Origin: Casimicrobium huifangae
GTDB taxonomy: Bacteria > Pseudomonadota > Gammaproteobacteria > Burkholderiales > Casimicrobiaceae
Reading direction: 5' to 3'
DNA: 32,000 nt
NCBI RefSeq assembly: GCF_009746125.1
Contig: NZ_CP041352.1
Location: 367,847 to 399,846 of the forward strand
A model generated the notes under the pieces. That model was not told the DNA's origin, did not search any database, and worked only from the letters and a program-made list of their open reading frames with translations. A program made the position numbers and the translations under genes. Of this stretch, positions 13,785-23,400 are shown one piece after another. Numbering within the stretch: the stretch's first letter is position 1; each line of letters begins with the position of its first letter.

Positions 13785-15857
13785 TCACAAACCGATCTGA
13801 AATCCTGCCAATTCCAAGCGTTGACGAATCTGAAGAATCGCAAACGCTTGTCGTGAAGTTGGAATGCGCCCAGCTGAACCAGCCAGCATCAACAGTTGAT
13901 CTTCCTTGGGCGTCAGCTCGTTACTCTGGATGCCCCAATCGCGCAATTTGCGCCAATTTGATGCCTTGTAGTTCATTACTTCTGTAATTGCCGCAATGTC
14001 CGAATCGATGCGTGCAACCCCAATCGCATCTTCTTTGCGCTGCAATTCATCCGCCTCGGGTACTAGTTCTGCAGCAAATTCTGATATTAGTGAGATTCGC
14101 TGCTGATGGGCACGCTGCCATGCTAGCTCCTTCTTGCACCACTCGGTGACGTTCTCCAACCCCTGTTCGGGAGCGGTAATGACCGAATACATTGCGCGAG
14201 CGATAACCTTTAGCTGAGCGGAAAGCGCTGGAGAGATCGCTTGCGTGCGCCAGATGGACTGGACATTCAACGCGTTACCTGCGCCCTGTTCAGCAATCAT
14301 TTGCGCCAACTTTGCAATCGTGAAAGTGACGATGTTTGCGCGGTAACCTCCGTCATACCAGTCCGTTTCAGCGGGAATAAGCTGCTCCAACTCTCGGAAC
14401 ACGATGGTATGGCCCACCGATGACTTAAAGAACTCGTCGTTGAACTGCAGCGGCCTGCGCTGCCACTCTTCCACGACGAACTTGCTGTAGACGTCGAAGT
14501 TCTTCTGCGCACCTTTGCTGACTTCATGCGGCAACTGCCGCCACGAGTTCTCGATCTTTGCTAGGTCCGTTTTCGTGATGACCTGCCGCCTCGGATTATC
14601 GGACTCGAAACGAAGCTTCTCAGCGGGACTCATCTTCGATGTCTCAATGCGGTACTGACCTTTTGCGCGCTCGTAGAACCATGTTGTTGGCCTCTGCGAC
14701 CCGGGTCTTGGTGGAGCTTTGATCCGCCTGGACAGCTCCTCCATCTTGCGGTGAAAGGCGTGATTTGAGAAAAGGTCGGAATCAGAGACCTTGGTCTGCC
14801 GGTTCGCGTACTCAGAAATCTTGGGAATCAGGTCCGCTGACCTATCGGTATCGACAACGGACAGCTTCATCTGTACGAAGATCCCGTTGAGGTCTGCGCC
14901 ATCCTTTCGGCGCGCGAGAGCAAGGGATGCCGTGGTCTGCCCGCCGTTCACGATCTGAAGGTCCGTCGCAGCAAGAAGTCTCGGACCGCCTGGCGTGTCC
15001 TGTGTTTCAACCGACGTGGCCGTCGCGGCAATTCCGTTGTTAAAGGCAAAAAACATTTCCGGGCTCCGAAGGATCGTCTCCCGGATTGCCTTGTTCACCC
15101 TCACCGCTTTGCCGAGAAAACTTCTTACATTCCCCTCAAGAAGTCGGCTGCCGTATTCCTCGTACATGCGTGCCAAGGTCTCGCCGGGTAGCACGCAAAG
15201 GTAGCCGCTGTACTCTGACTGGTTGAGGCTCGCCTTGAGGCAGGGAATCCCGCCTTCGACTAGGCCGCCGAAGTCGACTGTTAATGCCTCGCGCCCGGAT
15301 CGCGACGAGAGTACATCATGAAAACGGACAATATCCCAAATGTGGAACTCGGCTGGAATTCCGTCAACGCTTTGCTCTGGCCAGTCGCGTATCCGATCGC
15401 TCAGGATGCCGTCGGTGGCCAAGTAAAAACGCAGCCTCGTGATGCTTGGTTTATGCGTCTGCAGGAGGGAAAAGAAGTCGGACGCAGGATGGTCATCTGC
15501 CGAGAGATGATCGTCGTTTCTCGCGAACGCTTCCTCGACGAAGGAAACAGGTTTGGAGAAGATCGCCTTTGCGATAGTTTGAGTCAGTGTGAATGGCTGC
15601 TTTTCGCCCCCGAACTCAGCGATGACGATTCGCAGGGATCCGTCTGCTTCGTCAAATGCATATCCGTCAATGCCGAGGCTTCGTCTCCTCGCCCCAAATC
15701 CGCGATACGGACAGGGCACGAAATCAATGAGCTCCTCCGCCTCCTCCAGCATTTGTCCAGCCACGGAACCGAAGCCGGCTTCGCGATCTCGTCCCCCAAA
15801 CACATCTGCAGCGCGGGCAATTACTTCATCGCGAAATGCCCCCAAGTACTCTTCCAT
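13785..15857 (-). CDS. AIPR (abortive infection phage resistance) family protein
   Basis: 690 aa. The N-terminal layout is typical of AIPR proteins (IDGYAFDEADGSLRIVIAEF..TLTQT..AIF; IPAEFHIWDIVRFH). The central region has the FNNGIAATA and IVNGGQTT motifs. Convergent with dcm and divergent from the five-gene operon. Confidence 0.75.
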   Translation of the reverse strand: MEEYLGAFRDEVIARAADVFGGRDREAGFGSVAGQMLEEAEELIDFVPCPYRGFGARRRSLGIDGYAFDEADGSLRIVIAEFGGEKQPFTLTQTIAKAIFSKPVSFVEEAFARNDDHLSADDHPASDFFSLLQTHKPSITRLRFYLATDGILSDRIRDWPEQSVDGIPAEFHIWDIVRFHDVLSSRSGREALTVDFGGLVEGGIPCLKASLNQSEYSGYLCVLPGETLARMYEEYGSRLLEGNVRSFLGKAVRVNKAIRETILRSPEMFFAFNNGIAATATSVETQDTPGGPRLLAATDLQIVNGGQTTASLALARRKDGADLNGIFVQMKLSVVDTDRSADLIPKISEYANRQTKVSDSDLFSNHAFHRKMEELSRRIKAPPRPGSQRPTTWFYERAKGQYRIETSKMSPAEKLRFESDNPRRQVITKTDLAKIENSWRQLPHEVSKGAQKNFDVYSKFVVEEWQRRPLQFNDEFFKSSVGHTIVFRELEQLIPAETDWYDGGYRANIVTFTIAKLAQMIAEQGAGNALNVQSIWRTQAISPALSAQLKVIARAMYSVITAPEQGLENVTEWCKKELAWQRAHQQRISLISEFAAELVPEADELQRKEDAIGVARIDSDIAAITEVMNYKASNWRKLRDWGIQSNELTPKEDQLLMLAGSAGRIPTSRQAFAILQIRQRLELAGFQIGL

Positions 15858-15972
15858 TCAGAATGCCCCCAAAATGACCCTAAGCTCAGAGCCTGTTCGT
15901 CACAATTGAAAATCAGAATTCTCAAAAGTCTCGAGTCAATCATAATTCGATCCACTATAAAAATAGGGAGGA

Positions 15973-16995
15973 GTGGCTGGACCTGTGCTCATTGATGTCG
16001 ACGAAATATTGATCGCGCTACGGCGCAGCGACTTGGCTCTAGTAACCGGTGGCAAGTCGATTGCACCTCCTCCATGGGTCGATTGGCTTGTGTGGCTTGG
16101 TCAGTGGATGCGAGTCCAGGCTGAGCTTGAAGGCCGACGGATAGCGGTCGTTAGATTACCAAGTAGAAGGCTCGCCGCCGCGTTCGTTGCTATCGGTTCT
16201 GTCTTCGCATCTGCACGACTTCATGACGAATCGCTCGACTGGGATGGTTTACGGAGCCTCGCTCCCGGAACGAAGGTATTCTGGCGAGAATCTGCATCTG
16301 GCAAGACCGTGCGCCGGGCGGGGATCGCGGTCGGCGTAAGCCAGATTGACGGTGGTGACTTCTTGGAAGTCACTGTCGACACCCAAAGGAGAACTCAGCA
16401 AGGAAAGCGCTTTTTCGCCAAATCTGCGGCGTTGTCCTACGGGATAACCCTCGGAGCGGTTAGCGCGGTTGCCGATGAGCGACTGGCCTGTGCAGAGCGC
16501 TGTATCAACGCGGCATTGACGGATGCTCCTCAGGGTTGGATTCGGTCGCCGGCCGTCGAGTGCAACATCATCACCGAGCGAGCCTCATTTCTGGGTGATA
16601 TTGAGAACCTCGTCATCCGCGTTGCCGGAACAGTGGGCGCGGCATGCTCTGATGTTCTGGCCATAGCCGACTCCGGCGGGCGATCACATGGCAAGACAAG
16701 ATTGGCTTCAGCGCGAAGCGATGGGGTGCTCGACGAGTCGGGCTTCGTCACGATTCTTGACGGCGCGGCCGCAGCACTTCGCTTGAAGGACTCCATCGCA
16801 CGCAGCGTCGTGGTCCTGCTTGACCAGGCCGAGTACGACGAAGAGGTCGAGCAACTGCTTCTGACTTTCTTGGGCTATTCAGTCGATGCTGGCATCGACC
16901 CACCCTCGAGCGGAGTCATGGCGCTGCCGGAGAGTGTCGAGTGCTTCATCTTCGGTCTGCCTCTAGAGTCTCAGTCAAACTATGAAGCGCACTAA
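15973..16995 (+). CDS. Hypothetical protein (340 aa), gene 1 of the five-gene DrmAB-containing operon
   Basis: Long ORF on the same strand as the following four genes. GGGAGGAG RBS at 15966-15973. The start is GTG 15973 or in-frame GTG 15985, which has better RBS spacing. I recognise no motif. Confidence 0.6.
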   Translation: MAGPVLIDVDEILIALRRSDLALVTGGKSIAPPPWVDWLVWLGQWMRVQAELEGRRIAVVRLPSRRLAAAFVAIGSVFASARLHDESLDWDGLRSLAPGTKVFWRESASGKTVRRAGIAVGVSQIDGGDFLEVTVDTQRRTQQGKRFFAKSAALSYGITLGAVSAVADERLACAERCINAALTDAPQGWIRSPAVECNIITERASFLGDIENLVIRVAGTVGAACSDVLAIADSGGRSHGKTRLASARSDGVLDESGFVTILDGAAAALRLKDSIARSVVVLLDQAEYDEEVEQLLLTFLGYSVDAGIDPPSSGVMALPESVECFIFGLPLESQSNYEAH

Positions 16996-18655
16996 GAAAG
17001 CCACTAACGGCCAATTGATTCGTCCGACCATGGGTGCGTCTGACATGCTGGCTGCGACAGGGCCAACCGAGTCGATCCTAGAGCTCGTGGCTACTCACCA
17101 TGTAAACGCAACCAGATGCCAAACGGCAAGAGTAGTGATCGACTTCCCGCCGATGCGAGAAGTTATGCGGGCGTGCTCATCGATTTTTGCTGAAATTGAT
17201 CGAGAGGATCCCCTGCAACGCGCGATCTCGCGAGACGTGTGGCTTGTGAAGTCGTCGCTAATGCTGACCGCTCTACCATTCAATGATTCGCGCCTAGGCC
17301 TAGACGAATTGCTGAATAGACTAGCTACCGCCACCGAAAGCGTTCCGGCAATCCGATCTCCAGTCAGGGCTTTGACTGGCTTTGCACAACACCTAGCCTC
17401 AGAGCGGTTCAATCCAAAGCGAGAGCGCTTGATGGAATTGCTGCAAACTTCAAAGCTTGGCGGCCGTCCTGTTGGACTTCTCGCAAATATTTGCGGGTCT
17501 CCGACCCCAGGCTGGCCAATCTCATTAGAGGTGGAAAGCGACTTCGGCGCCTCAGAGTTGGACCTCATTCGACGAAGACGACAGGTGAAGAGTTCGCTTT
17601 ACGAGCTATTAGTTATTCCGGGCAATCCGTGGTTCGCTTCCAGAGGCCTTCTGTTCGATCTGCTCTATGGCGGAAGAACTTCGGAGGTCGTCGTCGTTGC
17701 GTATCGATCAGAACCGGTTTCTTTGCCGATCCCTAGCGAAATGCCGAGAGATCGCTATTTCCCACCAACCCGACGCCAGCCGAAGCAAACTGTCGGGGAG
17801 AGCGAGCAGGGCGACAGCGCTCAGCTAGACAAATGGGCTAACGAGTCATTCTGGTCATCGATTCACGCCCAGCAGGCTGACATTACTCCGACCTCGGACA
17901 GAGACGTCACCACGGACGCCCAGTTCGTATTGTTTGCCGATGGGAGCGGCGCATTCCTCCCGGCAGATGGACGCGTTGTCGAGGTATCGGAGCTGTTTGA
18001 GACGGGAGCAAATTTCGACGTCACGGAAGACAAGCTTCCCCGGGTATCGGTCAGGGACCTTGAGGAAGGTGATCTTGTAATGCTCAGGCTTTCGGGTAGC
18101 GGAAACTACCTCGACGATGTTGCGGACTCGCTCATTCAGCGAGCCGGTGAAAATGCTCTGCGCCATCGTGCGCTGGAGTGGAAGGATATGCTCCACGATG
18201 TGATTAATCGCCAAGGCGAGGGCGTAGTGGCGATGAAGCTGCGAAGCCTTGGCGTCAGACTCCGGTCCCCCCAGTATCTTTGGGTTTGGGCGGGTGACGC
18301 TGTCATGGCGCCCCACGACCGACAGACGTTTCACAGTTTGATCACAACCATCTGGCAACTGGGGCGCCACACTGGCGACGGTGAGCCGGAAGCCTACGCC
18401 AACGCGCGATGGGACGACATGGAGCGCCTTAAGGCGTACCATCATAAGGCTGGTGTCGAAATTCGCGCTGCGCTGCTAACCCGAGTGCGGGGCTTGGTTG
18501 CCGAGCGCCGCCGCATCGACACGATGGAATCGATCGAACTGCCGGGGGTAGCAGCCGGTCGGATGGGCCTTCTACGCGTGGCGGCAGTCGACACAAAGAC
18601 TAGAAGGGTGTCGGTGTCTAGGCTGTTTCATCTGGGAAAGGTGAAGGCGGCGTAG
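16982..18655 (+). CDS. Hypothetical protein (557 aa), gene 2 of the operon
   Basis: ATG 16982 overlaps the end of gene 1 by 14 nt. The stop TAG 18653-18655 overlaps the next start by 1 nt. No recognisable catalytic motif. Confidence 0.6.
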   Translation: MKRTKKATNGQLIRPTMGASDMLAATGPTESILELVATHHVNATRCQTARVVIDFPPMREVMRACSSIFAEIDREDPLQRAISRDVWLVKSSLMLTALPFNDSRLGLDELLNRLATATESVPAIRSPVRALTGFAQHLASERFNPKRERLMELLQTSKLGGRPVGLLANICGSPTPGWPISLEVESDFGASELDLIRRRRQVKSSLYELLVIPGNPWFASRGLLFDLLYGGRTSEVVVVAYRSEPVSLPIPSEMPRDRYFPPTRRQPKQTVGESEQGDSAQLDKWANESFWSSIHAQQADITPTSDRDVTTDAQFVLFADGSGAFLPADGRVVEVSELFETGANFDVTEDKLPRVSVRDLEEGDLVMLRLSGSGNYLDDVADSLIQRAGENALRHRALEWKDMLHDVINRQGEGVVAMKLRSLGVRLRSPQYLWVWAGDAVMAPHDRQTFHSLITTIWQLGRHTGDGEPEAYANARWDDMERLKAYHHKAGVEIRAALLTRVRGLVAERRRIDTMESIELPGVAAGRMGLLRVAAVDTKTRRVSVSRLFHLGKVKAA

Positions 18656-20436
18656 TGGCCAGGATGATCCCGCCTCTAGTAGCAGGCGATGCGCCCAAGG
18701 GCGAAAGGCAGTTGTTCGCCAAGCTGCGTGACGATCCCAAGACAGGGGACTGGCTGGTACTTCATTCCTTCGACATACGCCGACACGTTGCGCGGGCCGA
18801 AGGCGAGGCGGACATGCTAATCGTGGTTCCAGGCCAAGGCGTGCTCTGCGTCGAGGTCAAGGGATGCTGCGTAGTTCGAGAGGGCGGGCTCTGGAAGTAC
18901 TCCTACGACCCACCCAGGACGTCCACGGTGGGCCCGTTTCGCCAGGCTAGTCAGGCCGGACACTCCATCCGGCAATACCTTGCGCAGAAGGATTCATCGC
19001 TTGGATCGCTGTTGTTCCACTCGGCAGTTCTCTTCACCGAAGTGGACTTCACCGAAAAGTCCCTTGAGTGGGAGCCGTGGCAGGTCATCGGGCGTAGCGA
19101 CTTCGTGCGGCAGCCCATCTCCACGACCGTGACCCGCGTGCTGGAGGCGGCGCACTCCCAGTGCCGCTCTAGAAAGCCGGTGCCAGCCTGGTACGGAAGT
19201 CATAGTCGGCCATCTGTTCGGCAGCTGGACTCCATCCTCAGACTGTTGCGTCCGGACTTCGAATACGTGGTTTCCGGACGAAACGACGTGGAGCTTGCCG
19301 AAGCTGCAGTACGCAAGTTCACGGAAGAGCAGTTCGAGGCGCTCGATCATCTCGAGGACAACCACCGGGTGGTGTTCAAGGGACCCGCCGGAACTGGCAA
19401 GACGTTCCTCGCAATGGAGGCAGCCCGAAGGGCTGTGCGTGACGGGCAAAGCGTGGCGCTCCTGTGCTTCAACAGCCTTCTCGCAGCATGGCTGAAGCAC
19501 GAGACCGCAGTGATTGCGCAGGAAGCGCAGGCGCGATCGCTGCCCTTCTACGTCGGCAGCCTCTCCGGGCTCATGCGCAGCGTTGCAGACATCGACGTTC
19601 CGCCAGAGCCCGACAGCAAATTCTGGGAGGCTGAACTTCCCATGCGGGCGGTGGATGCCCTGCTGGCCGACGGGCGCGGCACGCCGAGCTTCGATCTGCT
19701 GCTTGTTGACGAGGCGCAGGACCTACTGTCTGACGCGTATCTCGACGTCATGGAACTTCTGTTGGGCGGTGGTCTGGCAAGCGGCCGCTGGGCGCTGTTC
19801 GGCGACTTCGAACGGCAGGCGATCTACGCGGACAAGGGTGCAGCTCTGGGACTCGAAAGGCTCCGGAGCCGGACCGCGGACAGCGTTTCAACGTACCGCT
19901 TGCGAGTCAACTGCAGGAACGCAGTCAGGATCGCGGAAGCGGTCACCATTACCAGCGGACTATCCCCTGGATACAGCAGGGTTCTCAACGATGCGGAATC
20001 AGCGGACGTTGAACCTGTCTTCTACCGCAGCGCTTCCCATCAAGGAGAACTGCTGCTGGCGACCATCGCCAGACTCCTCACATCCTTTGCTCCGTCGGAG
20101 ATAGTCGTGCTCTCCATGCGAGCCGACGCATCGTCGTGCGTCGCCCGGCTGGCACGTGAACAGGCCGGCTGGCACTTTGCTTCCTGTCGCGAAGAGGCGG
20201 AGGACGGAGTCTCGATACGGTACGCCAGCGTCCATGCGTTCAAGGGGCTGGAGGCTCCGGCCGTCGTGCTGACGGACATTGATGGCATCGGCGACGAGCA
20301 GGCCAAGTCCCTTCTCTACGTGGGCATGTCCCGTGCACGGGTCAGGCTGCACATCCAGATGAACGAGCGACTTCGTTCGAGCTATGACGCGATGCTGACG
20401 GTCGGCTTGAAGGCAGCGCTTGGGAGGTCTACCTGA
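18655..20436 (+). CDS. NERD-domain nuclease-like / SF1 (UvrD-like, AAA) helicase fusion protein (Nhi-like architecture)
   Basis: N-terminal NERD pattern: GERQLFAKLRDD...WLVLHSFDI...EGEADMLIVVPGQGVLCVEVKG. Walker A VVFKGPAGTGKTF (19381-19404). Walker B LLLVDEAQDL (about 19699-19725). C-terminal UvrD_C-like segment: SVHAFKGLEAPAVVLTDI...LLYVGMSRARVRLHI. An alternative ATG start is at 18664. Confidence 0.8.
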   Translation: MARMIPPLVAGDAPKGERQLFAKLRDDPKTGDWLVLHSFDIRRHVARAEGEADMLIVVPGQGVLCVEVKGCCVVREGGLWKYSYDPPRTSTVGPFRQASQAGHSIRQYLAQKDSSLGSLLFHSAVLFTEVDFTEKSLEWEPWQVIGRSDFVRQPISTTVTRVLEAAHSQCRSRKPVPAWYGSHSRPSVRQLDSILRLLRPDFEYVVSGRNDVELAEAAVRKFTEEQFEALDHLEDNHRVVFKGPAGTGKTFLAMEAARRAVRDGQSVALLCFNSLLAAWLKHETAVIAQEAQARSLPFYVGSLSGLMRSVADIDVPPEPDSKFWEAELPMRAVDALLADGRGTPSFDLLLVDEAQDLLSDAYLDVMELLLGGGLASGRWALFGDFERQAIYADKGAALGLERLRSRTADSVSTYRLRVNCRNAVRIAEAVTITSGLSPGYSRVLNDAESADVEPVFYRSASHQGELLLATIARLLTSFAPSEIVVLSMRADASSCVARLAREQAGWHFASCREEAEDGVSIRYASVHAFKGLEAPAVVLTDIDGIGDEQAKSLLYVGMSRARVRLHIQMNERLRSSYDAMLTVGLKAALGRST

Positions 20437-23400
20437 TGTCGCCCCTCGACAAGAACCTAGCGAACAGAGAGCAGATGCTCGCGCGACTGCGAGCGGAGAT
20501 TGTCGGTCCGGATCCGGCGGGGAAGCCGGTATCACTTGGCGACAAGCAGGCCATGACCTGGGAGGAGTACCGGATCCCGCAGATGCAGGCGGACGGGCAG
20601 GAGATCGTCTGGCAGGACCCGCCGACGAAGCGATTCGGTGCTGGCATCTTGTTTCCGCTGGGCGCCACCGAAGAGGCGATCGTCAACGCGACCGAGGCGG
20701 ACGAGGTGGTCCCGCTCACTTCACCCGATCTCGCGCCGCCTGGACAGCAGCCGGATGAAGAACTTGCGGCGAGGGAAAGGGCGCCATCGTATGGTGGACC
20801 TGCCGATGACGCAGAGGAAGAGGACGTCACACTCGCCAACGCCTTTCGCCCGTCCGCCATCGGACTCAGCTTCCTGGCCGATCTTGCAGCAGAAACCAAC
20901 GGGATCGTCGTCGAATTGGTCAACGTCGGACGCATAGGTCTGGAGCGAACCGTCGAAAGTCCTTGCGGCTCGTACCTCCCGTTGACTCTCCATCTTGGAG
21001 GGGCGGTCGGTAAGCAGCCGACGCCACGCAAGGTGTGGCTGCGCAAGCCGGTACTTGATGACCAGGGCAAGGTGCCTGCGGTTTCCATCGCCGCCAAAGA
21101 GCTGCTCAACGCCGCCAAGCCCCTGCGGCACCCGATCGGACCTGCCGCCCTTGGTCTGGAACTTGTCGTAGTCTCGCGGACTTGGCGTTCGGCTCCAACC
21201 AGTGGGCATCGGCTCCTGACCGTGTCCGTCGCGAACAAGAAGAGGGCCAAGGAGACGGAACTTGATTCCCTGTGTCTGTTCCAGGCTGGAATCCGGGTCA
21301 GCGGTGCGAGCGGAAATCAGTGGATCGACGCGTATCCCGAGAACTTGATCGCGGATTTCCAGGACGATGATCCGCTTGCAGACGAGAACGTCAATCGTGT
21401 ACTGTACAGGGAGAACCGGACCTTTGCCATCGGTCATGGATGTGGCGCCGACTGGATCAGTGGCCGCCCGCAACGTGTGACGACGGTGTGGTCGGATGTC
21501 CTCCCGGTATTCGAGACGCCAGCTACAAGCGCAGATCTGCAGATCAAGGGCCCCGGAGGCCGATCGCAGTCCCTGCGCGTCAGCATGCGTCTGCTGGCGG
21601 GCCTTCAGCCAGGTGATGACGGGCTTGGCGACGTCGACCGGTTGCTGCAGGAATACGAGGGCTGGATTGCTGCGCTTGACTCGAAGGTTGCCACCATTGC
21701 CGAAGGGTACCGGCCGACAGCGACTGAACTGATCAGGAAGTGTCGCGAGTGCGCTGCTCGGATTGCGGACGGGCTTTCGATCTTGCGACAGGCTGGCGCT
21801 CAAGGCGATGTGGCACGCAAGGCGTTCAGACTTGCAAACCACGCCATGCTGGTTGCGCAACTCCGGTCACGGCAGGAGCTGCGAGTGCCAGATCGCGACG
21901 CAAACAGCCGGCTGACGTGGTCCCGCCCGATCGCGGTGGTCGATCCCGCGGTTCCCAACGAGAGACAGGGCTTCTGGAGACCATTTCAGATTGCCTTCCT
22001 CCTCATGTCACTGCGGGGCATCTGCGACTCGAGCCATCCGGACCGGAAGGTGGTGGATCTCATCTGGTTCCCGACAGGTGGTGGCAAGACCGAGGCGTAC
22101 CTCGGTCTGACGGCGTTCACCGTCTTCTTCAACGCGCTGTCGGGGACTGCCAATGGGGGCGTCGATGTCCTCATGCGATACACGCTGAGGCTGCTCACTG
22201 CCCAGCAGTTCCAGCGCGCAGCAACGCTGTTCTGCGCAATGGAACAGCTGCGTCGCTGGGACGTGGTGGCTCTTGGCAATCGGCCGTTCCGGATCGGCCT
22301 GTGGGTAGGCAGCGCGGCCACGCCGAACAAGCGTGACGATGCCGTGGAGAAGCTGAAGGCGCTGCAGCGGGACTCCGACGCCGAGAATCCCTATGTGCTT
22401 CTCAGGTGCCCATGGTGCGCGGCGAAGTTCGGACCGCATGAGGCAGCCTCATCGCCCGTTCAGCGAAAGGCAGGCCGCGGCCGCCAATCCTCGGGCGGAC
22501 ACGTCTACGGTTATGCAAGGGAGAGAGGACCGTCGGGAGACACCGTCGTCTTCAGATGCGGAGATCCCGGGTGCGAGTTCGGCGGCATGCCCGGTCCGGG
22601 AACGCCCCCACTCCCGATCGTGGTCATCGACGAGGATCTTCTCGATGCTCCGCCCAATCTGCTGATCGGGACCGTCGACAAGTTCGCGATGCTTGCGTGG
22701 ACTCCTGCGGCGCGCAGCATCTTCGGACTGGATGACTCGGGTCGCCATCGCGGCGCACCGCCAACGCTGGTCATCCAGGACGAGCTGCACCTCATCTCCG
22801 GGCCGCTCGGCTCGATGGTTGGCGCCTACGAAACCGTCATCGAGGCGCTGTGTGTCGATCCTCTCGGGGGGATGGTCCTGCCGAAGATCGTTGCATCGAC
22901 GGCGACCATCAGCCGGGCGCGTGAGCAGATCGCAGGGCTCTACGCGCGTTCAGGGGTCATGCTGTTCCCGCCTTCGGGCCTCGATGCAGCCGATTCCTTC
23001 TTCGCACGCGAAGCGGTCGACGACGATGGCAGACCCAAGCCAGGTCGGCTCTATGCCGGGGTGCTGGCACCCGCGCATACGTCGCTTCAGACTTCAGAAG
23101 CGCGGGTGTTCGCCACGTTGATGCAGCATGCTTCCCTGCTCGAGGGAGAGCCACGAGAACTGGATCCATGGTGGACATTACTCGTGTTCTTTAACTCCCT
23201 GAGAGAGCTCGGCGGCGCCGCAACGCTGTTCACTGCAGACACGCGCGAATACCTCAAGGTCATCCTGAATCGCCACGGTATCGACTACGGCAGGATCCGC
23301 CAGCTCTTCCATGTCGAAGAGCTGACCAGCCGGATCCGAGGAGACCACATCCCGCGCCTGCTGGAGCGACTCGAGGTCCCTGTCACGGTCCGGGAGGGAG

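Noticed and set aside
13583-13843. 86-aa ORF on the minus strand overlapping the AIPR 3' end, and 62-aa ORF 13398..13586+
   Set aside because: No RBS or motif, overlap with better-supported genes, and odd composition (Arg/Phe/Ser-rich).
18440-18466. HHK in the 557-aa protein (YHHKAGVEIRA) as a possible PLD HxK motif that could replace DrmC
   Set aside because: The Asp expected four residues after the Lys is absent (Glu/Ile instead). No GSxN follows, and there is no second HKD copy. Most likely coincidental.
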